From: the human T2T-CHM13v2.0 reference genome, Homo sapiens
Direction: 5' to 3' (one strand)
Length of the DNA: 64,000 bases
Assembly (NCBI RefSeq): GCF_009914755.1
Contig: NC_060929.1
Below, piece after piece: positions 17,438-31,120 of the stretch (within the stretch, counting starts at the first letter, position 1; each line of letters starts with the position of its first letter). Both the position numbers and the translations under genes were made by a program. The notes under the pieces are model-generated. The model searched no databases, was not told the DNA's origin, and was given only the letters and a program-made list of their open reading frames with translations.

Positions 17438-17716
17438 AATTTAGAAAACTGGATGATTTTTTTGAGGGCTACCTATGTGCTAAAGAGTCAATACCATACC
17501 AAAATCGAAGCATAACAATTTTATTTCTTTAAAACTTCTTGCAAATTAGTTATTGGATGTTCCACTGTTTAAGAGCCACTTTTATCCAACATCCTGCACT
17601 TTCTTCTATATCTGGATTCATTTTCTCAATCCAAAATGAAAAAAATAATGATGGTAAAAGTTTTCATAAGCAAAGCATTAGGCTGATTAGTTACTAAAGT
17701 ATGGCCATTTTTTAAC
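17438..17716 (-). other. ADAMTS6: ADAMTS6 exon 2 5'UTR portion (279 nt)
   Basis: Strong acceptor with a T-rich tract, tttttttctag|GTT, at 17716, upstream of the ATG. Confidence 0.85.
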
Positions 17717-19666
17717 CTAGAAAAAAAAAAATTTAAGTTAACTGAAAAATATCCAGAATGGAAAAATCCAAGTCCTATATAGTACTGAATCCTTGCCAAA
17801 AGACATAACTACAAAATAATATAGTTAAATTAGACCATTGTTAGTCTTTATAGTCTAAATAAACATTCACAAGATTAGACACAGAATTAGAGACCAAAAT
17901 GGTTATCAGCATAATGCCAGAGTTACTTAATAATCAAATAAGGAATCTAAAGAGAAATCATAATTCTTTTTTAAAAACTTTGAAGATAACAATGATGGGC
18001 AATGAGTTAACTTCCTTTTGATAAAATAAAATCGGCTGACTTCACTACTTCAGTTCATTATATGTGACAAACAATATGTAATCCCATTCCATAACATGCC
18101 TTTTAAACACACTCATATCCAGATATTGTTGTGTTGCTTTATAAGGCACCTATCATTTTTTTTTCTGACAAAGTAGATCTACAAATAGTGACATTTAGCA
18201 GCCATCTGTGAATACTAAGACAGTATCAGAAGCTAAACTTCTAAAAAGTTGAACTGTATGTACTATAACCCTTGACTTTACTCGGAAGTCTTATGTGACT
18301 TATAAGGCAACTCGTGAGTCAATTTCAACTCTCTGAAATGTAACTTAAAAGAAAATTTTAAAACTTCATTTCAAGTATTACAACAGATTTCAAGTCCTAG
18401 CTCATGTACTTTACATGCAACTAACAACCTCACTCAGAGTCTCCATTCACACTTGATACAGAATAGTATATTTGGCTGCCTGGTTTCCCCGCATACAGCA
18501 GATCAGAAGAAGAAAATAACTAAGAGCTAAAAACTAGCCACAAACAGCCAAACTGTGACCAAAAAAAAAAAAAAAAAAAAGGATAAAAAACGAAAATGTA
18601 GTTTTAGAACCCCAAAGTAATATAGTTTGGGGTAGAGGCAAATGGGTCTTACATAGTTTAACAGTTCCTATTGTATGTATAACTGTGTTATATAGTTCAA
18701 TATCTGATACTCATAACACTATGCCTGAGTCCAAAATAAGAAGATAAATGCGTTTAATAAGGTAAGTTACTGTTAGTAAGTTAGGAAAGTACACAAAAGA
18801 GATTAGAAAGATTTTCATTCCAAATCCCTAATATATGAAATTTTCACATAATAAATTCTTACTATATATTTGTTGGTTGAAAAAAATGGATGAGTAAAAG
18901 AATGAATAAATGAATAGTGGTTAAAATAAAATCACTTTAGGCATATAAAAAGTATTTGTAGTTAACTGTAAAATTAACTTATGTGAAACACTTCATTCCC
19001 TACGGTGATAGAAATATTGGTATATACAACATATAAAACAACAACAGCCATTTAAATCCCTTACATTTGTCTCTACAAGTTATTAAACTGCTAAGCCTTG
19101 GAAAAGCTAATTCATTAATCAACAAATATTGTCCTACTATGTTTAAAAGATGATGTTATAACAACATCAGAATACAGAAAAGGATTAAGGGAAACAGAAA
19201 AGATTAAGATTCAATCCTTGCCCTTGGAGAGCTCATAATCTAAGTAACAAGGAAAAATGTAAGGCAGACTGACAAATGCCGTAATAAGGTCGTGCAAAGT
19301 TGTTGCAGGAGATCAGATGAGGGAGATGACTTCTGGGTCAGAGAAGAATGAATCAAGGAATGTTTATGGAAAAAGCATTTCAGATAGATCCCGGAAGACG
19401 AATACAATTTTACAAGTCAAATTGCTGGAGGTAATCATTACAAATAGAAGAAATGCATTCCACAAAGTCTAGATAACCAGAAAAAAATGGGAAATAGTAA
19501 ACAATATTAGTAATAATAGCAATAGCAAATTTTGTTCCTGTGCAAAAAAACTAACAGGTAATAACCAGAAAGGTAGTTTAAGATCAGACCAAAAATAAAA
19601 AACTTTAATACATATTGCTTCTTTTAATCTCCAAAACCATCTTGTGAAGTAAATATACTCTGCCCC

Positions 19667-20190
19667 TGTGGCAGTGTAGACTCTGATGAGCCCAATAATC
19701 TGGCTTCCTCATATCCATTCCCTTGCTCCCCTCCTCTTAATTTGATTCTAACCAATAGAATACCTCAACACTGAGGGGATGTCACTTTCGTTATTACATA
19801 CAAAAGATTCTGACTTCCATCTTGCTAGCCACATCTTTCCCTAATTGGTTTAGATGAAGCAAGCAAGCTGTCATTTGTTGAGGCCCACATTGAAGAAACT
19901 GAGAGCAGCCTCTGATATAACTAACAAGGAACTAAGGCCCTCAGTCCAACAGCATGCAAGAAACTAAATCCTGTTCAGTAATAGGTGAGCTTAGAAACAG
20001 GTTTTTCCCCAGTCAAGCCTTCTGTAAAGACCCTAGTCCTTGCCAACACTTTGTGGCTCATGAGATACCCTAAAGCTGAGGACATAACCCCTAGATTCCT
20101 GACCCAGAGAAACTGTGTGATAATAAATGTGTATTGTTTTAACTCACTAAGTTTGTGGTAATTTGTTACACAGCAATTGATAACTAATAC
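19667..20190 (+). mobile_element. MaLR solo LTR (MLT1F-like)
   Basis: TGTGG start, ends gttacacagcaattgataactaataCA. Confidence 0.75.
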
Positions 20191-20351
20191 AGCCACCAAT
20201 TCACAAATAAAGAAGCTGAACTCACTGGTCAGATAGGTATAAAACAATAGAGCCCAGATTCACACAAGGCTGTCTGGTTCTAAAGTCTAAATTCTTTGTA
20301 TTATATCACACTTCCAGTTTAAGGCACTCAAATTTAAACAGTCAACAGTAG

Positions 20352-20677
<326 letters not shown>

Positions 20678-21610
20678 GATATATTTATAAGTGGTATTGG
20701 TTAGTTAATGTGAATAGTTTTTAACAACTTCACATACAGTCATTGTTTCTTCTTGAAATTACTTCTACACTAATTTAGGCAAGATAGCAGGCATCCTTTC
20801 TCAGGTAAAAATTTATAGAGAGATTAAGTTATACCATTATTCAATAACGGCAATAAGAAGAATTCCATTATCTTGGTTTCCAACCTACTTATATACAGAT
20901 TCCATACTCTAAACCTTCCCATGTAATATTAAAGTATAATTGTCACCTTTTGAACAACATTCATTTTCATTGTTTTAATTTTTTTAGATCACTGGAGTGT
21001 TTTGAGTAATAACATCTGACATTAAATTAGTCCCTCATATACTTTAGATTATAATCTTCCTTTAAAAAACATATACTTAACACATTTGAGTTAATTTTCT
21101 AGCAATGGAGATAGATTTGATTGAATCATTCATCCCTTTTTCTCCTATTTTTCTAGGTTTTGAAACTACTGAGAAACTTACAATATAGTTGACTGGATTT
21201 AGGGAGCAACTATTTTTCCCTCTTGAGAAATGTCCTGCTCTTTTTGTAAATTGTTACAGTTTCATAACCTTCACTCTTACCTACTCTCCTGTAAATGCTC
21301 AAGTTAACTAAGCCAGTAGCATTGAGAAAAAAAAGTAATACCTATTTGGCCAGAAGTAGACTACTATATGATTTAAGGATTTGCAGTAAAAAAGGCATTG
21401 GTGCATAGTTGAAAAAGCAGGAGCTTTGAAGTTAAACAAACCAGTTATAGTCTTAGTTCCAACACTAGTTATAATAGCTGGCACATGAGTTTCTTTCTCC
21501 TTTATCACTCCCTTGCTCCCTCCCCACATTTTTTTTTTTTTTGGCCTCCAGTGCTCAGTGAAGAAACTTAACATTAAGTAAATGAGTCTAGATAGAATTC
21601 AACTAAAACT

Positions 21611-21917
21611 GGCCAGGCATGGTGGCTCATACCTGTAATCCCAGCACTTTGAGAGGCTGAGATGGGCAGATCACCTGAGGTCAGGAGTTTGAGACCAGCC
21701 TGGCCAACATTTCAAAATCTTGTCTCTACTAAAAATACAAAATTAGCCAGGCGTGGTGGTGCGCACCTGTAATCCCAGCTACTCAGGGGGCTGAGGCAAG
21801 AGAATCACCTGATCATGGGAGGTGGAGGCTGCAGTGAGCCAAGATCACGCCACTGCACTGCAGCCTGGGTGACAGAGCGAGGCTCCGTCTCAAAAAAAAA
21901 ACCAAACAAACAAAAAA
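21611..21917 (+). mobile_element. AluSx-like
   Basis: Full dimer; TSD gaatt(c/t)aactaaaa. Confidence 0.95.
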
Positions 21918-24900
21918 GGAATTTAACTAAAATCAACACAACTAACAAATCTAACTGCTCTTAGTCACCTACACAATAAAAGTGAATGAGTTAACCCACT
22001 TTCTGACACCTGGTGGGGAGGTTAATCTGGACACCATAAATATGTAGAGGCTGTGACTTTTCAGATATAGTTTCCAAAGTTCAGACTAACATTGAAATAC
22101 CAAACAGTTGTCCAAAAATCACAATGCATTGACCTTTTAAATTGTATAGCAGAAACATCATTATGTTGTGGAAAGCACAAAGGCTTTGAGTCCTGGCCTG
22201 ACCCCCAGTTACTTAACCTCTCTGCATCTGCTTTCTAATCTATAAAACCATGATATTGATGTCTATCTCACAAAGACTTGTTAAGAGATTAGATTACATA
22301 TGACGTAAAGTGTCTCTGTACTTTAAGCTAAATAATATTAGCCCTCCTTCCTTCATTATCTAACATCACTTTTCAAAGCCCTTCCTTCAAAAATAGTTTC
22401 ATGTTCCTCTTTCCCTCAAAAATGTGAAATAATAGATATGATGATGGAGTCAATCAACTAGTTATATTGTCTTTTACAGCAAGGAGTTAAGAACTTTGGT
22501 CATGATAATGATACTTATAACTACTTTAAATTTGAAAACAGAACCAAAACGTCCATTTCACTTTGATTTCACATATGCTTTTCTCCCTAACACAAATGCA
22601 CCAGGCAGTAAAGTTAAGGGATCATTTACCTGCTTCCATGGATCAAAGCTACACTACCTAAGAAGAAAAATGATGAGACAACTTGCACTATAGTGATTTC
22701 CTCAGTAGTCTGCCCTGATTGGAGGGTATTACTTGTCTTTTTTCCTCTATCATCTTTACTTCCCACTCAAGTGATCGGGGAGTAGCCAAGGTAATAATTT
22801 CCTCTTGTGAACTATTATTATGAAGCTAAAGAATGTGTATAATGTTCTTCTCAACTTCTTTCATCCATCTTAACTCTGGTTATTTATTTAAGGCTGATTT
22901 GGTCTCCATGGAAGAAACAACAATACCATGCTCCTTTCAGGTGTTTAATTTTTACATATGAAAATTAACTTCTTTCATTTCCATTTATTCTCTCACATTT
23001 ATTATCACCTACTGTATGCTAAGGACACAATTAGGCTCTAAGTATAAAGGTTTCTAGATCATTTATAAAATTTGTGAGATTGGTTTCCAAGGAAAGGTGA
23101 AACTAAACACATAAATTACCCAAAACATATCTATCAAGCAAATGAGCTAAAAGCAAAAATACAAACCATGATTTATAAAACTCAAGCCCTAAATTACATG
23201 TAGTCTCACACTTTTTTCCAGATAGCAAGTAAATACACATTTTCTGTATTATAAATTTTTTCTCTTGAGCTTAGCTTGATAATCAACCATGTTTTTTGGC
23301 AGAAGCAAGAGAGCTATCCACCTCTTCCCCTCTTTTTCTCCCCACTACCCCCAACACATATTCCAAATATGCTGTTAACTATCTCTTAATATGGTAACTC
23401 CCTTCATTCACTCACTAAAGTCACAAACTTGATAAAATTTGGCATAAAGACCCATCCTAGTTACTACTACTAGTGATTACTAAGGAAAGAAAGAGGAAGT
23501 GCTAAGAGTAGACAAGAGTAGGAATTAATCTTACAGGTATTGGGACCAGACATAAGGAGTATTACAGTATTTTCAGTCTTCAGGCTAGAAGTTTTTCTTC
23601 TTGGGAATCACAAAAATATTAAGACCACTACACAGACTTCATTTGCAGCTGTGGCAAATGAATGAATTTGATTTGTTTGAAATCAACGTATTTGCCTCTA
23701 AATGCTATTCTTCAAAAATTCAAAACACTAACGATCACATTTAAGCACAGAATTAACATAAACCAGACTGCAGTTACCACTTTGCTGCAACACAAGAAAA
23801 CAATTATCTCCAAAATTAATTTTCTTAATTTCTTTCAACTACACCAATTTTGTGTTACGTTTCTTTTCCTGTCATGAATTCTGAAAACTGTCATCCCCAC
23901 ATCTAAACATTTCAGTCTAATCAACAGAAACTAAAAAGAAAGAAAAAAGAACAGAAAATTAGTCCACGACACTTGAACATAAAAAGAACATGTTGAAAAT
24001 CACACTCAAGTGTCTCTTTTAAAGTTCCAAGCAATGGTTCAGTTTCCCTTTTTCTCTCTGCTCTGCACACCCTCACCTCCCCCCGCCCCCACCATTCCAC
24101 TTCGCCCAGACAGAGGGTAACAGTCTGAGCTGCCCTGGTTGAGTTGATCCTAAAGTTAACATTCAGCAGCCCATTTCCAGACAGCAGCGCTAAATCTATT
24201 TGGATAAAACGCGTGTGACCCAGACAGTTGGCATCTGGCCCAAACGCGTTGCACCGGCAGCTCAAATAAAAACAAGAGTAAGAAACTCACTCTCTTGTTC
24301 CCTCTCAGTGCGCTTTCTCAATCTCTCGCTCACTTTTCCTCTAGTACAGGGAAAGAAAGCATCAAAGACAGGAATTGTAGCACATATTATCAGAAAGAGG
24401 CTTCCCAATACCCCATTCCTGCACTCTCACTCTCCCTCCTCAATCCCTGAACTTTGGTCCCATACACCATATATACAGACCTACCCCGATAAACAAGGCT
24501 CCGGAGGGTTATGAGTCTAGCACGTCCCAAGTGGCCAAAAGTAAATCAAAAACACACGTTTCCATCTCTTTGATTAGCCTATTAAGAGCTTAACATGTCC
24601 TAGAGCATCGGGGCTACAGCTAGCACATTAATGCTACCCTCTGAGCCCAGGCATAAAATATGCACTTGTCTGAAGACTTAACGACACTGACATGAAACTA
24701 CAAAATGCATAAGACTTTTCTGTAAGAAAACTGGAAATCAATTTAAAACACACACATCATTATTACCTTCCGGATTACTATTTGGTGATCAGTTAAAAGA
24801 TTACAATAATCATAATCAAGTCCACTTCACAAAACATGTATTGTATATTCATAAAATAAACGTATTTTTTTTGCATCATAAAATAACTGCAAGTCCCAGA

Positions 24901-25107
24901 ATTCTACAACCCCCGACAAGTCTGGAGTTAAAAAGATATCTATTTGTAAAATGAGTTCAGTCAAGCTCACTCATTGCCATTAAAAAAAAAAAAAAAAACA
25001 CACACACAGAAAAAAAGTTTTCTAAGCGTTATTCGGAAGACAAGCAAAGCACAAGTTGTTGGTTTAAAAAAAAAAAGCTCCATTGAATATTGTTAAGTCT
25101 TCCTTAC

Positions 25108-25685
25108 CGTTTTCATCTTCAAATTCTGATAAAAAGTAAGTTTCAGACAATAGAGATTGCACTGGACGACTCACGTACTCCCTCTCCTCTCTAACTTTTT
25201 TTAATTTTTTTTATTTTTTTATTTTTTGCCCCCCTTTGCAAAGCCACACCAGCCAGTTATTCTGCAGCCAGAATAAAACCCTATGGTCTGGCTAACCCGG
25301 GCTTTAGAGAACTGACTTTCCGATTTGGCAGAATAAGAGATGCCTTCAATACATCTAGGCTATCACTCTGAGATGCTGCCTTTGCAAACCCCCTTTCTCT
25401 CCCTCCCCACCCCCCAAAAAAGGAAAGGAAAAGAAAGAAAAGACGGGAAAAAAGACTTATTGGGGGTGGAAGTGGTGCCCTCTCTTCCTGGAAAGCTTAG
25501 TGCCTTTGCTATGCAAATAACATGTGCAGAGCATCAAAAGGTATCAGGAGAAAAGAAGACAAGAGGAGCAGGAAGGGCAGCAAAGTTTTGTTGAAGTAGC
25601 CCTAGATCTCACTACCGGCCCCCAGCCAACTTGAATTGCAGCAGGAGAAAATTTTGGCAGCTTTTCCTCGGAGGCAGAGCACACT
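25108..25685 (-). other. ADAMTS6: ADAMTS6 non-coding exon 1 (5' end approximate)
   Basis: Donor ACG|gtaagg at 25108; repeat-free sequence adjoining a promoter motif cluster; TSS position inferred, not directly visible. Confidence 0.7.
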
Positions 25686-25770
25686 GACGTCAGTCTGCAG
25701 ATGTGCCTGGGCTGCGTCGGGTGCGCATGTGTCCTGGGTCGTCACGTGGAGGGGGAGGGGAGGTAGAGGT
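25683..25770 (-). promoter_or_regulatory. ADAMTS6 core promoter motif cluster: CRE palindrome, NRF1-like half site, E-box, G-rich tract
   Basis: ACTGACGTCAGT at 25683-25694, TGCGCATG at 25722-25729, GTCACGTG at 25741-25748, then GGAGGGGGAGGGG; local CpG enrichment. Confidence 0.65.
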
Positions 25771-28373
25771 ACAATCGGGGTAACCAACTACCAGCCATTC
25801 AGAAGGGCTTAGACAATGTCAACTTTTCCACACTGTGAATGAGAGAAATTCTGGCCTCTCTAACCTCTCTGTCCTATCTCATTCCGCCTCTTTTCCTCCT
25901 CCTCCTCTAAACTCTCTTAGAAATTCTAGCCTGGTTTGCTATTAGTTGTTTCTTGGAAAAATGAAGGGGGAGGGAGAAGGATGAATGACTTTAGATGGAC
26001 TAATGTCACTGTTAAGATCTCTGGTGTCATTCTCCGTGTAATTTTATTTTTAAAATCCACACAATCAAAATGTTAAAACTTGCACGCAAACAGTGCCTCT
26101 GAGGAAACTTAAAGCTTAGATTCGTGCAGCAGGCACAAGACTCAGTAGCTACAAGTGTACAAAATGCCTGTGTTTTATACATACTTCAGCAAGTAAGGTT
26201 AGCACCAAAAGGGAAAGTAAACTAAAGTAAACTAATACCAGCACATTTTCCATTTGATTATCGACTTCAGGTTATGTGGAGCTTTAAAAGAAGAAGAAGA
26301 AGAAAAAAAAAAAGTAGGGGAGGAGGGAGCGGGGGAAGGAAGAGAGAAGCTTGCATTATTTCCAGATGAGGGTGAGACTGGATGGTGTTTTAAAGTGCAA
26401 CCGGGAAAAGCCACAAGTGGAGTGTATTTTTTTAAGTCAGTCCATTGAATGAAACTTCAATGACTGCCCAAATGAAAATAAATCCGAAGTAGGACCCCAC
26501 CACCAAAAAAAAAAGGAAGGGAAAAAAACAGGAACCCTGCTGCGATCTCAAGATAAACAAACAAAACCTCAAAACTGGTTCTTCAACCTTCCCAATCCCA
26601 CCCTCCCTCCCCCCTACACACAAGCTGCCAGTCCAGACTTTAAGGATAAAATACCGCTACAATGTAGCACTTTCACTTTCATTTGCTGAGAATGAAAGCC
26701 GCTGGGGAGAAAATGCCCAGTGTTTTCCATGTCCTAAGCAAGCAAACAAAGTCTGGCACATACATCGGAAACAGGAAAAAATGTGAAAATAGCTCAGGAC
26801 AAATGTTGCCTTTCAACGGTGTAATCTGCTGCATCATTTATCTGTCTCTACCATTGAGTGTAGAATAGGGAGCTGTTTAAGAGTTTCCGAGGTTGGGGGC
26901 AGGGGAAAATTGACGCCTTGAAATTCCAGCCCTTAGTTAATGCCAAGTCGATTTCCGATGGTGAGAACCAGAAAGGAGAACTGGACCGGAGGGAAGGGGG
27001 TAGGAAGGATGATCTTTCTGAATACCAGCTCTTAAATATCAAGCTTCTGCTAACATTATTGCCCATTTGATTTTTTTTTTTCTTCCTACGCCGGAGGTAG
27101 TAGGTGTAATTCTTCTGGTGAATCTATGAATAGTTGGCTAAAAGGAGGCATGAATCAGACTGAGAACGTCCAAGAATACAGTTATTTCAATTCGTCTTCA
27201 AGGGTTGAAAGTGGAAAGCATCTGTCCACAGAGTAAATAGTCCTCATCCTGACCTTAATCAGTAGTATCTGGCTAAAAGCCATTTAAAATGTAGAAATCT
27301 GTTCAATAGTGGGCATTGAGTTTTAAATAAAGATGATTCATATGTATGTATGTATGTGTGCGTATTTGTATGTGTATATATATGTGTGTACATATATGTG
27401 AAATACATGAGGTAGCAAAATATAGCAATAATTGTAAACACCAAAAATAAGAAAAGTAGGCATCAAATGACTATTTAAATAGTGTTGAACCTTAACCTTC
27501 CTTAATTTTTCAAGTACTGGCAGTAAATAGGGACAGCCAGCACACACACAAAAAATAAAGGTATGAGCAGTAAACATCTATATAAGCTCTGAAAAGATTT
27601 TACCCTCAACTAAGATAAACTGCCCTACAAAGTAGCAGCTTGTAGAGGAGCTTACTTAGTGGGAGTGGACTTTGGCTAATTACTTATTCAAAGAGTGCCA
27701 TCCTGTGTCTAAACAGAGTAATGAAATTTTTCCAACAGATTCTGTCTCCAAGTTGATTGGGTCAAGAATACTGTGAATAATTGGTGAAAATTGATTAGGG
27801 TGGGAAATGGCGAACTGTCAATTTAACTTTATATATGTGTATATATATGTGTTTGTGTAAATGTTTTAACTGCATTGCAGAAAATTTCAAACATATACAA
27901 AAGTAAAAAAAAAACAGTATAATGAACACTCATGTAGCCATCATCCAGTTTCAAGTGTCCAAGTGTGACCAACTTTGTTTCATCTATCATTTCATCAGAT
28001 ATCGTTTCATTATTTCCCTGTATTTCTAAAAGTACTAAAAAAATATACACCACTATTATTCTTAAAACATTAATAACTCATGTCATCAAATATTGTACTC
28101 AGATTTCCCAATTGCAAAAAGGGCTTTAAAAAATGCCTTTTTATTAGAATCAAGATCCATACATTGCAATGGCTCCATCTTTTCTTAATAAACTTTTAAT
28201 TGAAAATATTCATGCAGAAAAATGTATAATTACATAGTTTGATGACAAGTGTCCAGTCTAATGAATTTTCACAAGTCAACTGGCCCATGTAACCGCCATT
28301 CTCTTGTCTCTTTTTAAAATTTTTATTATCTATTTACTTATTTAAATTGACTAATAAAAAATACATATATTTT

Positions 28374-28484
28374 AGCTGGAACTACAGGCATGAACCACCA
28401 TCCCCAGCTAAGTTTTTATTTTTGTAGAGATAGGGTCTCCCTGTTGCCCAGGCTGGTCACGAACTCAGCCTCAAGTGATCCTCC
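28374..28484 (-). mobile_element. Old Alu (J-like), split by LTR12C; continues at 29758-29815
   Basis: tcaagtgatcctcc | LTR | cgcccacctcgacctcccaaagt rejoins into contiguous Alu sequence. Confidence 0.85.
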
Positions 28485-29757
28485 TGTGTCCGGAATTTGG
28501 TGGGTTCTTGGTCTCACTGACTTCCAGAATGAAGCTGCGGACTCTCAGGTGAGTGTTACAGTTCTTAAAGGCAGCGTGTCCGGAGTTTGTTCCTTCTGAT
28601 GTTCAGATGTGTTCGGCCTTCTGGTGGGTTCGTGGTCTCGCTGGCTCAGGAGTGAAGCTGCAGACCTTCGCTGTGAGTGTTACAGCTCATAAATGCAGTG
28701 TGGACCCAAACAGTGAGCAGCAGCAAGATTTACTGCAAAGAGCGAAAGAACAAAGCTTCCACGGTGTGGAACGGGACCCGAGCAGGTTGCCACTGCTGGC
28801 CCAGGCAGCCTGCTTTTATTCTCTTATCTGGCCCCACCCACATCCTGCTGATTGGTAGAGCCCAGTGGTCTGTTTTGACAGGGTGCTGATTGGTGCGTTT
28901 ACAATCCCTGAGCTAGACACAAAGGTTCTCCACCTCCCCACCAGATTAGCTAGATACAGAGTGTCCACATAAAGGTTCTCCAAGGCCCCACCAGAGTAGC
29001 TAGATACAGAGTGTCTATTGGTGCATTCACAAACCCTGAGCTAGACACAGGGTGCTGATTGGTGTGTTTACAAACCTTGAGCTAGATACAGAGTGCCCAT
29101 TGGTGTATTTACAATCCCTTAGCTAGACAAAAAGGTTCTCCAAGTCCCCACCAGACCCAGGAGCCCAGCTGGCTTCACCCAGTGGATCCCGCACCGGGGC
29201 TGCAGGTGGAGCTGCCTGCCAGTCTCGCCCCTTGTGCCCGCACTCCTCGGCCCTTGGGTGGTTGACTGGGCGCCCTGGAGCAGCGGGCAGTGCTCGTCGG
29301 GGAGGCTCAGGCAGCACAGGAGCCCACGGAGGCCGGGGGGGAGGCTCAGGCGTGGCAGGCTGCAGGCCCCAGCCCTGCCCTGCGGGAAGGCAGCTAAGAC
29401 CCCGGGAGAAATTGAGCACAGCAGCTGCTGGCCCAGGTGCTAAGCCCCTCACTGCCCGGGGCCAGTGGGGCCGGCGGGCTGCTCCGAGTGCAGGGTCTGC
29501 CGAGCCCACGCCCACCCGGAACTCGCACTGGCCTGCAAGCACCGCACGCAGCCCCAGTTCCCGCCTGCACCTCTCCCTCCACACCTCCCCGCAAGCTGAG
29601 GGAGCCAGCTCTGGCCTTGGCCAGCCCAGAAAGGGGCTCCCACTGTGCAGCGGCGGGCTGAAGGGCTCCTCAAGTGCCGCCAAAGTGGGAGCCCAGGCAG
29701 AGGAGGCGCCCAGATCGAGCAAGGGCTGTGAGGACTGCCAGCAGCTGTCACCTCTCA
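28485..29757 (-). mobile_element. Solo LTR12C (ERV9), 1273 bp
   Basis: Minus strand begins TGAGAGGTGACAGC and ends ATTCCGGACACA; GC-rich U3, tandem CCAAT/GATA repeats at 28850-29150; 4-bp TSD CTCC/CGCC. Confidence 0.92.
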
Positions 29758-29885
29758 CGCCCACCTCGACCTCCCAAAGTGGTGGATTTTAAGCATCAGC
29801 CACTGTACCCAGCCACTAAATCTATTAAATCTTGTTTCCCCTTCTTCTTTTTCTTGCAATATAAATCCTATATAAACAACTTGCC

Positions 29886-30170
<285 letters not shown>

Positions 30171-30335
30171 ATCTTGCCATTTTTAATACCGTATTTAGCA
30201 CTTCTGTTACCATGGAAATGTATGTACTATAGCCATTCATTTTTTTCTTCATAAACTAAACACTGAATTTTAGTTGCAGTAAAAATTCTTGAAAATTATT
30301 ACAGAGATCAATTTTTTCTCTTTCAAAACTTTTCA

Positions 30336-30572
30336 CTCCAGCTTTTCTTTTCCTTCTTCGTTTAAGAAATGAAGATTATGGGCAGAATAGAGTTGACAGG
30401 AAACTCCTTCGTCACATCTAAAAAAAAAAAAAAAAAAAAAGCTAGCAGTCTTTAGAAAACTGATATACTTAAGTGAACCCCATTCAGGAAACCAAAGGTG
30501 AAATAAGTGGAAATTGGTGAGGGGAAGAAATTTGTTTATATGTATATATTTCAAAAACCAAAAAATAGAAGC
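30336..30572 (+). repeat. Copy 1 of a ~237-bp direct repeat flanking HERVL
   Basis: Aligns end to end with 34984-35218. Confidence 0.95.
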
Positions 30573-31120
30573 TATATTAGTCAGGGTTATCTAGAGGGAC
30601 AGAACTAATAGGATAGCTGTATATATGAAGGAGAGTTTATTAAGGAGTATTGACTCACACGATCATAAGGTGAAATTCCACAATAGGCCATCTGCAAGCT
30701 GAGAAGCAAGGAAGCCAGTTGAAGTCCCAAAACTTCAAAAGTAGCGAAGCCAACAGTGCAGCCTTCAGCCTTTGACCAAAGGTCCAAGGGCCTCTGGCAA
30801 ACTACTGGTGTAGGTCCAAGAGTCCAAAAGCTGAAGAACTTGGAGTCTGATGTTTGAGGGCAGGAAGCATCCAGCACAGGAGAAAGATGAGGCTGGAAGA
30901 CTCAGCCAGTCCAGTACTTCCATGTTCTTCTGCCTGCTTTTATTCTATCCATGCTGGCAGCTGATTAGATTGTGCCCACCCAGCTTGAGGGTGGGTCCTC
31001 CTCTCGCAGTCCGCTGACTCAAATGTTAATCTCCTTTGGCAACACCCTCACAACACAGCCAGGAACAATACTTTGCATCCTTCAATCCAATCAAGTTGAC
31101 ACTCAATATTAACCATCAGA
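30573..31120 (-). mobile_element. MLT2A2-type 3' LTR of HERVL (548 bp)
   Basis: Minus strand T(C)TGATGGTTAATATTGAGTGTCAACTTG...CCCTGACTAATA(T)A; length fits MLT2A2 rather than MLT2A1. Confidence 0.85.

Noticed and set aside
27339-27400. Alternating purine-pyrimidine (TATG/TA) tract as a Z-DNA element
   Set aside because: AT-rich and interrupted; an ordinary low-complexity microsatellite.
28546-28554. Perfect + strand splice donor CAG|GTGAGT in antisense LTR12C
   Set aside because: No supporting + strand exon or transcript can be inferred from sequence alone.
28850-29150. Regular repeat array (gctagacac/gctagatacagagtg) superficially like a CRISPR array
   Set aside because: This is the known LTR12 U3 tandem enhancer repeat; there are no unique spacers and the DNA is human.
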